Assembly (NCBI RefSeq): GCF_001447785.1
Contig: NW_015173123.1
Location: forward strand, 284,049 to 340,090
Direction of reading: 5' to 3'
DNA from: Gekko japonicus
Lineage: Eukaryota
Length of the DNA stretch: 56,042 nt
In this document: positions 25,556-36,449 of the stretch, piece after piece
How the letters are laid out: each line of letters begins with the position of its first letter
Numbering within the stretch: the first letter of the stretch is position 1
Program-made: the position numbers and the translations under genes
The notes under the pieces: generated by a model
The model's input: the letters and a program-made list of their open reading frames with translations, nothing else
Told to the model about the DNA's origin: nothing
Databases searched by the model: none

Positions 25556-25690
25556 TCTCTGAAGAAGTGTGCATGCAAATGAAAGCTTATATCTGGAGCT
25601 CAATTTTGTTGGTCTTAAAGGTGCCTCCACTGGACTCAAACTTTGTTCTATTGGTCCAGACCAACACAGCTACCCCCTGAATCTACATTT
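25556..25690 (+). mobile_element. Penelope-like pseudo-LTR fragment with degenerate hammerhead core
   Basis: ctgaagaagtgtgcatgcaaatgaaagctta...ttgttggtcttaaaggtgcctccactggactc; related fragments at ~3600, 14505, 31670, 34720 and 50250. Confidence 0.55.
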
Positions 25691-26744
25691 TTATGATATG
25701 ACTGTTGATGGGCTGAAGGCTACCATCTTTTCCACTGGCAAAAAGGGGAGGAGGGCTGCTGCTTTGATCTCCGAAAGGGCCACGCCAGGGATCATGAGAA
25801 CCAAATGCAAAAAAACCACATGGTGGCTGCAGTGAGAGGGAAATCAGAAGAGATTGAGCAGAAAAACTGGTAGAATCCAACCCAATATCTGTTGTGGTTT
25901 TATCTACAACACTACGGGAGCCAAACAAAGGGTATAAAACCACATCCTGTTTGTAAACAATACTTACTCAACTATTCAAAAAAGGGGACGGGGGGGGGGG
26001 AAATCCCAAAATTTTAATAAACAATTCTCCTTCCTGGTCAACTGGAGGCAATGAATTAGTCACCAGGGATGACCAGCTAAGCAGGTACAAAGGCACACAG
26101 TATTTTGACAAGCGCCACGTGCTACTGAAGACCCTTTCCTGACTCTGAGTCTGCCTTTCCCCAACACTGACTGTCCCAGCAAGGAAACCACCCATGTGAT
26201 AACAAACAAGGGCAGGCCTCTGGGTGTTGCCCCACTACAGACAAGCTCCAAGTCACAACACTGCCTGGCTCTTCTGGGACAGAAGCAAAACAAGAACAGA
26301 AGTGCAGCCTGGGTGTCTCTCCAGCATCCAACCCGTAGAGAAGTCAGCTCCACGCCAGACATCAGGAAACAATCTTCAAAATGACACCGTTCATCAGTGA
26401 TAAACCCTTCATTATTGTCGTTAGCATAATACGCATGGTGATATACAATGCTCTTCCCATGTTGCAAGGAAAAATCATAATAAACTATTTGAGGGCTCTG
26501 GCAGAGCATGCAGGGATTTACTGCTCCAGTGACTGCTGCAGGACCACCTGTGCCCTTTGGCACACTTGAGCTGGTGTGAAATCTCATTCCCACCTTCACT
26601 ATGCGCACACCCTGTCCCCTGGGAGGAGGCCCAGTTCACCATCCCAACTCTGCTGCCACTGGGAATCCCATTCCCCTGGCTAGCTCACATGCGTCTGTGC
26701 TCTGCCCTTCCACTGCTCTGCAGCCCACCGCTGGAGCCACAAAG

Positions 26745-27180
26745 CGTCCCTGAGCACTATAAAGGCATTCAGCAGAGTCCTTTGGGAATCTGCCTGACCA
26801 TCATGGTCATCTTTTAGGCGCCCTGGCCTTCTGAGATTAGGCGGGGCCTTCTTGGTCACAGCACCAAAGCTCTGGAACTCTCTCCCCAGGGAGATGTGCC
26901 TGTCCCCTTCTGCGGCCACGTTCACCAGCAGGTGGAGACTTTTTTCTTTCATGTGGCATTCCCTCAGTGACCTCTCCATTCCAACCAATGTCTCAGTGCT
27001 CCGTATTTTAACTCTGTCATAACTCTTTCTAAAGTTGTTTTAATGATGTATGTTTGCAAGCAGTGTTGATTTTAATACTTTTATAAATGTAATTTATCAT
27101 TTCTGTTTTAAATTGTCAGCCAGCTTGGTGGCCCTTGTAAAGACAGAAAATTATATACATATATGAAAATAAATAAGAAT
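26745..27180 (+). mobile_element. L2-type LINE 3' remnant
   Basis: gggccttcttggtcacagcaccaaagctctggaactctctcccc followed by an AT-rich tail with aataaa. Confidence 0.5.
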
Positions 27181-27983
27181 AGAGCTTATCTCTGAAGCAC
27201 TGCGAGTCTGGACCCAACCCACGCATGCCAGGAGCCGACTCAGCATCCACCACATAAGACCACGCAGAGCTCGTTCCGAAGGGAGAGGCATCCAGAGAAG
27301 GCGGCCCCAATACTCCTAGGAGATCAATTCATCCAAGACATCACAAGACCCAAATTCTCCTTCCATCCCACTTTTCAACATATTTGGTTCCTTCCTCAGT
27401 ATCCATCATGGGTGCCAGCCTAACATTGCTTTGCCCAAACAACACAGCCTAATTGCTGCCCGTGAGCATCGTGTGTACCACTGACTCTGTTGTCCAGTCA
27501 CCCCACTACTATGGTATTTGCCGTACTCTCCAAACGCTCAAGCAACATGTTTCACACTTTTTACACATACATGGAATTTTTTTTACAAGCCATAAGGATA
27601 TACAAGAGCACAACAGAAGTGAATGTCTGGACACAGGCAACATCAGAGCACAGGCACCGGGATGCGACAAGTGGTCGCGACTCTATACCATGCACCCGGC
27701 AACGCACACTTGCTGCGGAAAATACGTGAAGCAATCCTGATACAGGTTGAAAATGAAAACTTTTAAGCAAGTCAGGGAGGAAGACAACCACACCTCACCC
27801 ACCTCCAAGCAATTAAAAAACCCCTGATGACTCACCCAGTTCCCCAAACCTGTATGAACAGTCCATCCAACTCAGGGATCAGTTTCCCATAGAGGCCATC
27901 CACATCCCTAGAAGCCCAAAGTTTCCCCAGAATATTTAGAGGGAGAATACCTCTGAACATGGAGGTTCTATTTAGTCACTCAC

Positions 27984-29085
27984 AGAATCATAGAATCACA
28001 AAGAGCTGGAAGGGGCCATCCAGTCCAACCCCCTCTGCTCAATGCAGGATCAGCCTAGAGCATCCCTGGCAAGTGTTGGTCCAGCTGCTACGTAAAGACT
28101 GCCAGTGAGGAGGGGGAGCTCACCACCTCCCCAGGCAGCTGATTCCACTCTTGCACAACTCTGACTGTAAAACGTTTTCCCTCAGATCCAGCTGGTACCT
28201 TCCCGTCCTCTGCTGCCCACAGGAACAGCTCCCTGCCCTCCTCTAAGGGACAGCCCTTCAAAGACTTCAAGAGAGCAATCCTGTCCCCCCTCCACCTCCT
28301 CTTCTCCAGGCTGAACATTCCCAAGAAGTCCCTCAGCCTCTCCTCACAGGGCTTCTTGGTCTCCAGGCCCCCGATCCTCCTCGTCGCTCTCCTCTGCACC
28401 CGCTCCATTCTGTCCACATCCTTTTTGAGGTGAGGCCTCCAGAACTGCACACAATCAGGTGCAGCCTGACCAATGCAGTGTACAGCAGGACTATGACATC
28501 TTGCAATTAGGATGTTAAGCCTCTGTTGATACACCCCAAGAGCCCATTAGCGTTTCTGTTGCTGTGTCATACTGGCTGCTCACATTTAACTTTCGGTCCA
28601 CCCGTACCCCAAGATCTTGTTCACACACGCCACTACTCAGAAGTGTATCACCCATCTGGTATGCATGTTCCTCATTTTTGTTACCCAGATGTGGAACTCA
28701 GCATTTATCTTTGTTAAACTGCATCTTGTCCACATCCACCCTCTTTTCCAGCGTGTTCGGATCGCGTTAAATTCTACCTCTATCTTCTGGTGTGTTTGCT
28801 GCTCCTCCCAATTTGGTGTCATCTGCAAATAGATCTGGTCATGGACTGTAATATAATAATCAATTACAAATTACAATTACTGGGCCCAAAATCGAGCCCT
28901 CGTGGCCCCCCACTGGACGCCTCCCTCCGTTCAGGTGAAATGCCACTGACGTCTACTCTCTGAGTGTGGTTCTCCAACCACTTCCCTATCCACCTAACTT
29001 ATCCTACAATCCAATCCACAGTCCTTTAGTTTACCCATCAGAACATCATGGGGAACCCTGTCAAAAGCTTTACTGAAATCCAGTA
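27984..29085 (-). mobile_element. CR1 LINE ORF2 3' portion, degenerate
   Basis: CVQFWRPHLKKDVDRMERVQRRATR, FSLEKRR and WNQLPGEVVS; (AGAATCAT)n tail at 27984; LDFSKAFDRVPH near 29050-29083. Confidence 0.9.
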
Positions 29086-29749
29086 AACATGATTGCTTTA
29101 AGTATTACCCACTGCAGATAGTACCCACCAAGGGACCTGTCTGCCAAGAATTTGGCTAATCCCCTTTAAAAGCCAAGCAAACTAGTGGCTGTCAAAACAT
29201 CCTGTAGTGATGAATTCCACAAACTATTGACTCTTACTTCCTTTTCTCTCCCTGAACTGATTAGCCACCAACTTCACTGCCTTGTTCTGCCCAGCATCTA
29301 ACGCCATCTCTCCCCAATTTCCCCTGCAAAGCATCAACTGGCCATCAGTTTCCTAGTATATTTTCTTTATTTATTTGCACTGGCATTATTCATATTCCGC
29401 CTCTCTCACCTGGATCAAGGTCCTGCTGATCTACCACTCCACGGCAGAATGAAGCTTCCTCTCTCCCGAGGAAGGGCTGATTTCTCCGGAATGACCAGCT
29501 AGCAGAGATTCAACAGGTACAGCATTATGCAGCCGTGCTTGACCCGTGGCATTTCCTCCTACCCCAGAATTCTTCAAGGGGCATTACGGGAAACAGGGAA
29601 GAGGAAAGCGGCAACCCGCCCCCCAGCCACCCCGCCCCCAAGTGTTTCTCTGCCGTCCTAAAAAACAGCAAGCAGCAACCCAACAGGTACAGCTTCCCCC
29701 CACATAACACCGGGGACGCCCCACCTGGAGAGTTCTGACTTGCTCCAAT

Positions 29750-30100
29750 GTGCGGACTACCAAACGCCGCCCACCCCCCTCCAATGGTTACCTTCCCCCC
29801 CGTTAATGAAGCCCGCGGGCCACCCAGGCGCCCTCGGAGGCAGCCGCGGCGTCCGGGCCCACGTCGCCTCCCCCTCCTCGCCCCCCCGCCCCCCCTCACC
29901 GGTCTCCTCGTCCCGGCTCCCCGCGAGGCGGCAGGCACGCCCAAGCACACCGAATCCGGCCGAAGGGCGGGCGGGCCGGCGCCTCTGCCTACACCTCCCG
30001 GCATGCAACGGGCCTCGGCATCCGCTCGCACGCGTACAGACAGAAGCCGGCTAGGGACTGCATTTCCCAGCATGCCGTATCAAGTGCTCGCCAGGCCAAG
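29750..30100 (-). promoter_or_regulatory. TNFAIP1: CpG island: probable TNFAIP1 promoter and non-coding first exon
   Basis: CpG-rich; minus-strand donor AAG|GTAACC at 29792/29791; ZNF143/SBS motif GGACTGCATTTCCCAGCATGCC at ~30055-30076. Linkage to TNFAIP1 is inferred. Confidence 0.65.
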
Positions 30101-30211
30101 CCTTTCAAACCAGAGCTATCGAGATGGTAAAAAACGGTCTTGATCGAGGAGCAAAAGATTTTTTATTTTTGTCGTTGAAAAAAATCCCATTCTTAAACCT
30201 ATTCAGAATTA

Positions 30212-30495
30212 AGAAGAAGAAGAAGAAGAGATTGGATTTATACCCCGCTGCCCTTCACTACCCAAAGGAGTCTCAGAGCGGCTTACAAACTCCTTTCCCT
30301 TCCCCTCCCCACAACAGACACCCTGTGAGGTCGGTGGGGCTGAGAGAGCTCTGACACAAACTGCTCTTTTTCAAGAATAGCTCTTGTCAGAACTACAGCT
30401 TGCCCAAGGTCACCCAGCCAGGTGCAAGTGGAGGAGTGGGGAATCAGAGCCGGTTCTCCCAGATTAGAGTCCGTGCACTTAACCACGACACCAAA
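30212..30495 (-). mobile_element. Squam3-type tRNA SINE
   Basis: Reverse complement of the 16418 family; (AAG)n tail on the plus strand. Confidence 0.8.
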
Positions 30496-30659
30496 CAGAG
30501 TAATAACAAAAACTAAGGATAAGAAATATCAACATCCTACCGAAGTTATATCCTCCTTCTACATCCACTGACGTGAAGACCCCACTTGAAGGACAACTTC
30601 ATCTCATAAGCCCAGGGGCCCTTTGGCTTGTCAGGACCACGTAGGGCCTCACCAGAGAG

Positions 30660-30846
30660 CAGGGCTGCCAACCTCAGGCGGGGAGATTCCCGGACATTTG
30701 TCGGTGGAGCCTGGAAAAGGCCGAATCTGGGGGGAGGAGGAGGAGCTCTTCAGGGATACAGCCCGCCCTCCGAAGCGATCCTTTTCTCCAGACGTCTGTA
30801 GTCTGGAGATGAGTTGTGAGGCCCCACCTGGAGGCTGGCAACCCTA
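30660..30846. mobile_element. Non-autonomous DNA transposon with AGGGTTGCCA-type TIRs (other copies at ~6538, 52495-52730, 53110-53352, 53372-53585)
   Basis: Ends agggctgcca and tggcaaccct; shared internal gtgggacctgg and ctccagactacaga motifs. Confidence 0.6.
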
Positions 30847-31439
30847 CATGAGGCTATGAAGAAGAAGAAAATGATAAGTCCTACTAAGACCCAAGAGTAC
30901 TGAAAGGCAAGAAAGGCCAGGTGATGTGTAAGTCTGTAAGAAACCAGATGTAAGGAGGTCCATTCACAGGAGCAGGACAAGGTCTGGGTCCAGGGCCCCT
31001 GGAAGACCGACAGCGCTTTATTCCTGGCATGAGCGCCGCTCCTTTGCAAGCACACGTGCTCCCCCCCCCCCCNNNNNNNNNNNNNNNNNNNNNNNNNNNN
31101 NNNNNNNNNNNNNNNNNNNNNNNNNNNNNNNNNNNNNNNNNNNNNNNNNNNNCCCCCCGCCCCGCCGAATACTCCAGGCCGAGAGCAGCCAGCGGCTGGG
31201 GCTGACGCAGCTCCCCTTGTTTGGCCTGAGAGGCCCCCCAGCCCTGCAGTTGTGGGCCCAGAGGGACACGTGTCGACAGCAGCAAGCCACAGGCCGGGCT
31301 CTCTGCCCGCCATCGCCTCCGGGGCCTGATCAGTTGCAGTTTGCTGGGTGACCTTGGGATGATCACTCTCTTTCAGTCCAACCTACCCCACAGGGCTGCT
31401 GTGAGGATACGACGGAAGGAAAAGCGGGGATATTCTCCT

Positions 31440-32103
31440 GGAACCGCCTGGCGGGCATCTAAGCCCGAGACCGGAAAGGCCACCCCTTCCCCGGAAGCGC
31501 GGAAGCCTTGGGAGCGCTCGCGCTGCCATGGCAACGGAAAGATCTCGCGATAGCAGTCTATGTAGCGAGATCTGGTGGCCATGTTAAGGGTTGCCTAGCA
31601 ACCACAGTAAATAGGCCGTAGAAACAAATACTACAACTTCGTGTTCAGGCGGGCCGCCCTGTGGGCCGGAAGCAGCAGAAGAGAGCCTGGATCCAGTGAG
31701 CGACACCCTTAAGACCAGCAGAAGTTTTATTCTGGGCATGATGAGTCTTTGTGTGCACAGGAACGCTGACTCCCAGAGTTAAACTTTGCGGGTCTTGAAG
31801 GCTCCACTGGACTCGAACTTTGTTCTGTAGTTTGTGTGCTTGTGTGCTGAAAGTCACTTTAGCGCCCACAGTTAAATATGTCTGACGTCTGCCTACTCAG
31901 CCACGGCAGGAAATCATTCCCACAATCCCTCTCTCCCCCCCCCGCCCTTGAAGCGGGCTCTCTCGGCCTGCGGAAACTACAACTCCCACGGTGCAAAGCG
32001 AACGGGGCGGGGCGTGTTGCGGGCGCTGTCGCCGTGGCAGCGGAAGGCCGCGTCGGGGGAGGGGAGGGGGACACCGGCGGCGCGAGCTGGCAGGTGAGCG
32101 GGG
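31440..32103 (+). promoter_or_regulatory. IFT20: IFT20 CpG-island promoter and non-coding exon 1
   Basis: RFX X-boxes GCTGCCATGGCAAC (31522-31535) and GTTGCCTAGCAAC (31590-31602); ETS CCGGAAG sites; TCTCGCGA (31543-31550); ZNF143 motif ACTACAACTCCCA (~31976-31988); donor CAG|GTGAGC after 32093. Confidence 0.75.
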
Positions 32104-33524
32104 NNNNNNNNNNNNNNNNNNNNNNNNNNNNNNNNNNNNNNNNNNNNNNNNNNNNNNNNNNNNNNNNNNNNNNNNNNNNNNNNNNNNNNNNNNNNNNNNN
32201 NNNNNNNNNNNNNNNNNNNNNNNNNNNNNNNNNNNNNNNNNNNNNNNNNNNNNNNNNNNNNNNNNNNNNNNNNNNNNNNNNNNNNNNNNNNNNNNNNNNN
32301 NNNNNNNNNNNNNNNNNNNNNNNNNNNNNNNNNNNNNNNNNNNNNNNNNNNNNNNNNNNNNNNNNNNNNNNNNNNNNNNNNNNNNNNNNNNNNNNNNNNN
32401 NNNNNNNNNNNNNNNNNNNNNNNNNNNNNNNNNNNNNNNNNNNNNNNNNNNNNNNNNNNNNNNNNNNNNNNNNNNNNNNNNNNNNNNNNNNNNNNNNNNN
32501 NNNNNNNNNNNNNNNNNNNNNNNNNNNNNNNNNNNNNNNNNNNNNNNNNNNNNNNNNNNNNNNNNNNNNNNNNNNNNNNNNNNNNNNNNNNNNNNNNNNN
32601 NNNNNNNNNNNNNNNNNNNNNNNNNNNNNNNNNNNNNNNNNNNNNNNNNNNNNNNNNNNNNNNNNNNNNNNNNNNNNNNNNNNNNNNNNNNNNNNNNNNN
32701 NNNNNNNNNNNNNNNNNNNNNNNNNNNNNNNNNNNNNNNNNNNNNNNNNNNNNNNNNNNNNNNNNNNNNNNNNNNNNNNNNNNNNNNNNNNNNNNNNNNN
32801 NNNNNNNNNNNNNNNNNNNNNNNNNNNNNNNNNNNNNNNNNNNNNNNNNNNNNNNNNNNNNNNNNNNNNNNNNNNNNNNNNNNNNNNNNNNNNNNNNNNN
32901 NNNNNNNNNNNNNNNNNNNNNNNNNNNNNNNNNNNNNNNNNNNNNNNNNNNNNNNNNNNNNNNNNNNNNNNNNNNNNNNNGAGTCCCGGGGGGGGGGGTC
33001 GGGCCCGCTTCTTCCTCCTCCTCCTCCTCCGCCGCGCAGGGGGTGGGAAGAACCCGCCAGGTCCCTCTGGAGGCACAGCGGGGAAGCGGCCCGCGAAGGG
33101 AGCCTCCGGGGTCACGGCCGGGGCTCCGGTCTGGCTTTGCCGCTAGAGGGTTTGGGGGGTTTTGCTGCCACATCTCAGCCAGTTTATGAGGTTTTCAAAC
33201 CCAGGTTAAGATCCCCCCCCCCTCCACCAAGGATGGCTCTGATGCAGTTATTCTCTCCCCGCCTAGGCTGGCTCCCTCACGGAGCTGTCAAGATAAAACG
33301 GGGAGGGGGAGCCATCTACAGCCACCATGAGGTCCCTGAAAAACGCATGGCAATAAAACGTTGGAAAAAAACCCCAAACTGTTACTGTGGATGCCCCTAA
33401 ATGAACTGAATATTTTCCCATGGAGCACTAGGACAGAGCGCTGCCTTCGCTGTGTCCTTCCAGGTTATGTTTTGATCTTTTTTATATCTCACGCTTTTGC
33501 ACAGGCGTCTGAAAGGTGTCCACT

Positions 33525-33651
33525 ATGTCCAAAGGCATTCTGGGGGAAGCCGGTCTCCATTTTGATGAGCTGAATAAACTGAGGGTTTTGGACCCAGAGG
33601 TGTCTCAGCAAACAGCCGAGCTGAAAGAAGAATGCAAAGCGTTCGTGGACA
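33525..33651 (+). CDS. IFT20: IFT20 coding exon 1
   Basis: [42 protein letters not shown]; 127 nt; donor gtaagt. Not listed in the ORF track. Confidence 0.95.
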
Positions 33652-34286
33652 GTAAGTTCTCTCCCTCAGCCAGTGTCCTTCATGCTTTGTGACTGTAAGA
33701 GCAGCCATACTGGATCACGGGAGCCGTCTGTGTAATCCGGCATCAATCAGGTGCCTGCCGGGAGGTCCCGATGGAGGCACGGAAGCCAGAGCCTCCCTCT
33801 TTTGCGGCGTCACAGCTCAGTAGAACCTCCACATCTAGAGGAAGTTTACCATCACTGTCCAGAAGAAGTTTGTCCTCCACAATATAGTGGGAAGGGGTGG
33901 GTAGACCTGTTCTCCAGAGGCCAGGTCTACCAATGTAGTGGGAAGGGGCGGGTAGACTGCTGCCTCTATGTCTGGCTTGAGGGATTCTGCAGGGCCATCT
34001 GTCTGGCTGTTGTGTGATACTGGCCTGGTGGGACTGGTGGTCTCTCCAAACGAGGCTGGTGTTTTGTTATGAACCCATCAGCGGTTCCTGGGAAGGAGCT
34101 GTGGCTCTGTGGTGGAGCACCTGCTTGGCATGCCGGGGACAGTGAGAGCAGGAGGCTGATCCCAGGCGTCGTCAGGGGATGGATCGCGGGCAGTGGAGAT
34201 GGGGAAAGGCCTTTCTCTGCCTGAGGCCCCGTCCTAATAAACTCAGCTGCACAGAATATAAATATCGTTTTCTGCCTCTTTTACAG

Positions 34287-34372
34287 AAATCGCAGAATTT
34301 AAAAAAACTGTGGGTAGCTTCATTGAGCTGGTTGATCAACAAGCAAAAGCAGCGGAAAATGAGAAGATTAAG
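34287..34372 (+). CDS. IFT20: IFT20 coding exon 2
   Basis: 86 nt, ttacag| ... |gtaact; (K)IAEFKKTVGSFIELVDQQAKAAENEKIK. Confidence 0.93.
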
Positions 34373-34717
34373 GTAACTAGCCCTGAGTGTCAACACCCCA
34401 GTTTGCCTTTTCCCAGGAAAACAGGGGGTTCCCAGGAGCCTGGCCTGCTGCTAGAGCTAAGCTGAACATTGGCCCTGGAATCCTCTTGCACCATGTCAGC
34501 AAGAGGCAGATATAAGAGACTTCAAGAATTTGTAAGGCTACAATGCAGAGTTGGTTCCTCAGTTAAGCATCTGTTAACAGATTAAAAGGTTCCCCATATA
34601 ACTGGGCAGTAGATTTAATCACCAGTTATTTGTCTTATTGACTGAATTTTTATCCCAAAGGAATTCAGAGCGATTCACCCTTCCCTTTTATCCCCACAAC
34701 CCTGTGAGGTAGTTCCA

Positions 34718-35190
34718 GGTGGTCAGCCGTGTCGGTGTGAAGCAGTAGAACAAATTTAGAGTCCAGTGGCACCTTTAAGACCAACAAAGGTTTATTCAAG
34801 GTATGAACTTTCGTGTGCGTAGACTTAACAGCATTTTGTTAAGTTACCTCCATGCCTGAGAGGAGACAAATGGAGAGTCTCAGTTTATTTCCCACAATTA
34901 GAAAAGATACCTTTACACATTTATCTCCTATTTTAACATATTTAGCGCTTTACTGTTTTCCCTCCACGTCACTAAATCAAATCAACCTTAGCTTGTTATT
35001 TAGTTTTGTCTTCATATATCTTAAAACATCTTCATCGTGTGACATGTTAATTTGCTGTTCAGCCTCTGTCTATATGTTTGAATTCTTACCTTCCATTCCA
35101 ATGTATTTGAAAAAGTGTGCCTGCACACCAAAGCTCATACCTTGAGTAACCCTTTGTTGATCTTAAAGGTGCCCCCCCCCCCGGCTGGAC
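34718..35190. mobile_element. Penelope-like non-autonomous element with inverted pseudo-LTR ends
   Basis: gcacctttaagaccaacaaaggtttattcaaggtatgaactttcgtgtgc (~34770-34818) is inverted relative to gcacaccaaagctcataccttgagtaaccctttgttgatcttaaaggtgc (~35123-35172). Confidence 0.6.
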
Positions 35191-35725
35191 CCTGTTTCCT
35201 GCGAGATAGATTAGATTGACTGTGTGTGACTGGCACAAGTTCAGCTAGCAAGATTCCTGACCAATATGGAGACTTGAATCCAGGTTCTAGTCCAACATTC
35301 TTACCCTTACCATGCAATTTTTAATGTACATGATGTACAAAAATCTTTTTGATTGCATTGTTTCGGTTGGTGGCTTGTTAAAAAAAGACATGGAGTCAAT
35401 GAATAAATAAATCTAAAGCGATTATGGGTGTTCCTCCTTCTCCCAAATGCAAAATAGAATGACTTCACTTTCTTAGGAGGCAGGTCCCTCTCCTCTCAGA
35501 CTCAGCAGGGAATATGCCTCTTCTGAAATGATGCCTTCTCTGATGCATGCATTATCTTTAAAAAAATGCTCTTTTCCACAACCGTGAAAATATATGCAGA
35601 TTTGAAGGTCATAGGATTGTCTCGTTAATTTAGTAATACTCCTAATTATATTGTTACTCCCTTGGGACAATTGCTACAAAACCAAACATGTTGAACCTAA
35701 GGACCCCCCCCCCCTTTTCCCACAG

Positions 35726-35829
35726 GCAATAGGGGCCCGAAACTTGCTGAAATCGATCACAAAGCAGAGAGAGGCTCAGCAGCAGCAGCTTCAGGCTCTG
35801 ATAGCTGAGAAGACAACCCAACTGGAAAG
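35726..35829 (+). CDS. IFT20: IFT20 coding exon 3
   Basis: 104 nt, ccacag| ... |gtgagg; [34 protein letters not shown](R). Confidence 0.96.
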
Positions 35830-36367
35830 GTGAGGAGGGGCCTGAGGGTCGGGTGGAAGAAGTCCTCAAGCTCATTTTTGATAAGTCCCCCCTGTGCAGT
35901 CCTACTCAACTCCTACCCCCCCCCCCCAGTTCTGGCGTACCGGGTGAGCTAACAGCCAGATTCTTTGCCTGGCCAAGGAGTGGCTCCCAAGTTGCAGCCA
36001 GCCTTCCGTGCCCTGTCCAACTCTGAGGAAGCAGACGGAGAATCACGGCAGTGGTTCAAGAGTCCAAAGCTGCTTCCAAGCTCCGTCATAACCGGTATCC
36101 ACCTCCAAGCGGAGGAGCCAAGGCCGAAAGCCTGCCCTTGCTGCTGCCCTCCGCCAAGGGCTCTGCTGCCTCCACACGGAGCAGCTCCTCTTGGGCACCA
36201 CAGCTGATAGCGACTGATGGGCTTCTCCTCCTTGGATGTTGTCTAATCTCCTTTTACATCCATTAGTATGCCTGAAATAAACAACGAGTTCCCTCTGCAG
36301 TTATTCGTCTCCCCTGCTCAGAGTCGCTGTCAATGCAGCCTGCTGTCATGTCCCGTCCCCCCCACAG

Positions 36368-36449
36368 GTTTCGTGTGGAATACGAAACACTTTGCAAAAC
36401 AGAAGTGGACCAGAATGAATTCATCGACCAGTTCATATTCCAGAAATAA
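36368..36449 (+). CDS. IFT20: IFT20 coding exon 4 (stop)
   Basis: 82 nt; [26 protein letters not shown]; total CDS 399 nt (132 aa); AATAAA signals at ~36739-36752. Confidence 0.95.

Noticed and set aside
26060-26608. 182-aa minus-strand ORF in TNFAIP1 intron 1
   Set aside because: No recognisable homology and no convincing exon structure.
31859-33400. Long ORFs of 400+ aa
   Set aside because: They are produced by reading through N-gaps; the same applies at 22148-23724, 30750-31366 and 55261-56040.
35929-35950. IFT20 14-nt microexon
   Set aside because: Frame-shifting and supported only by AG/GT dinucleotides.
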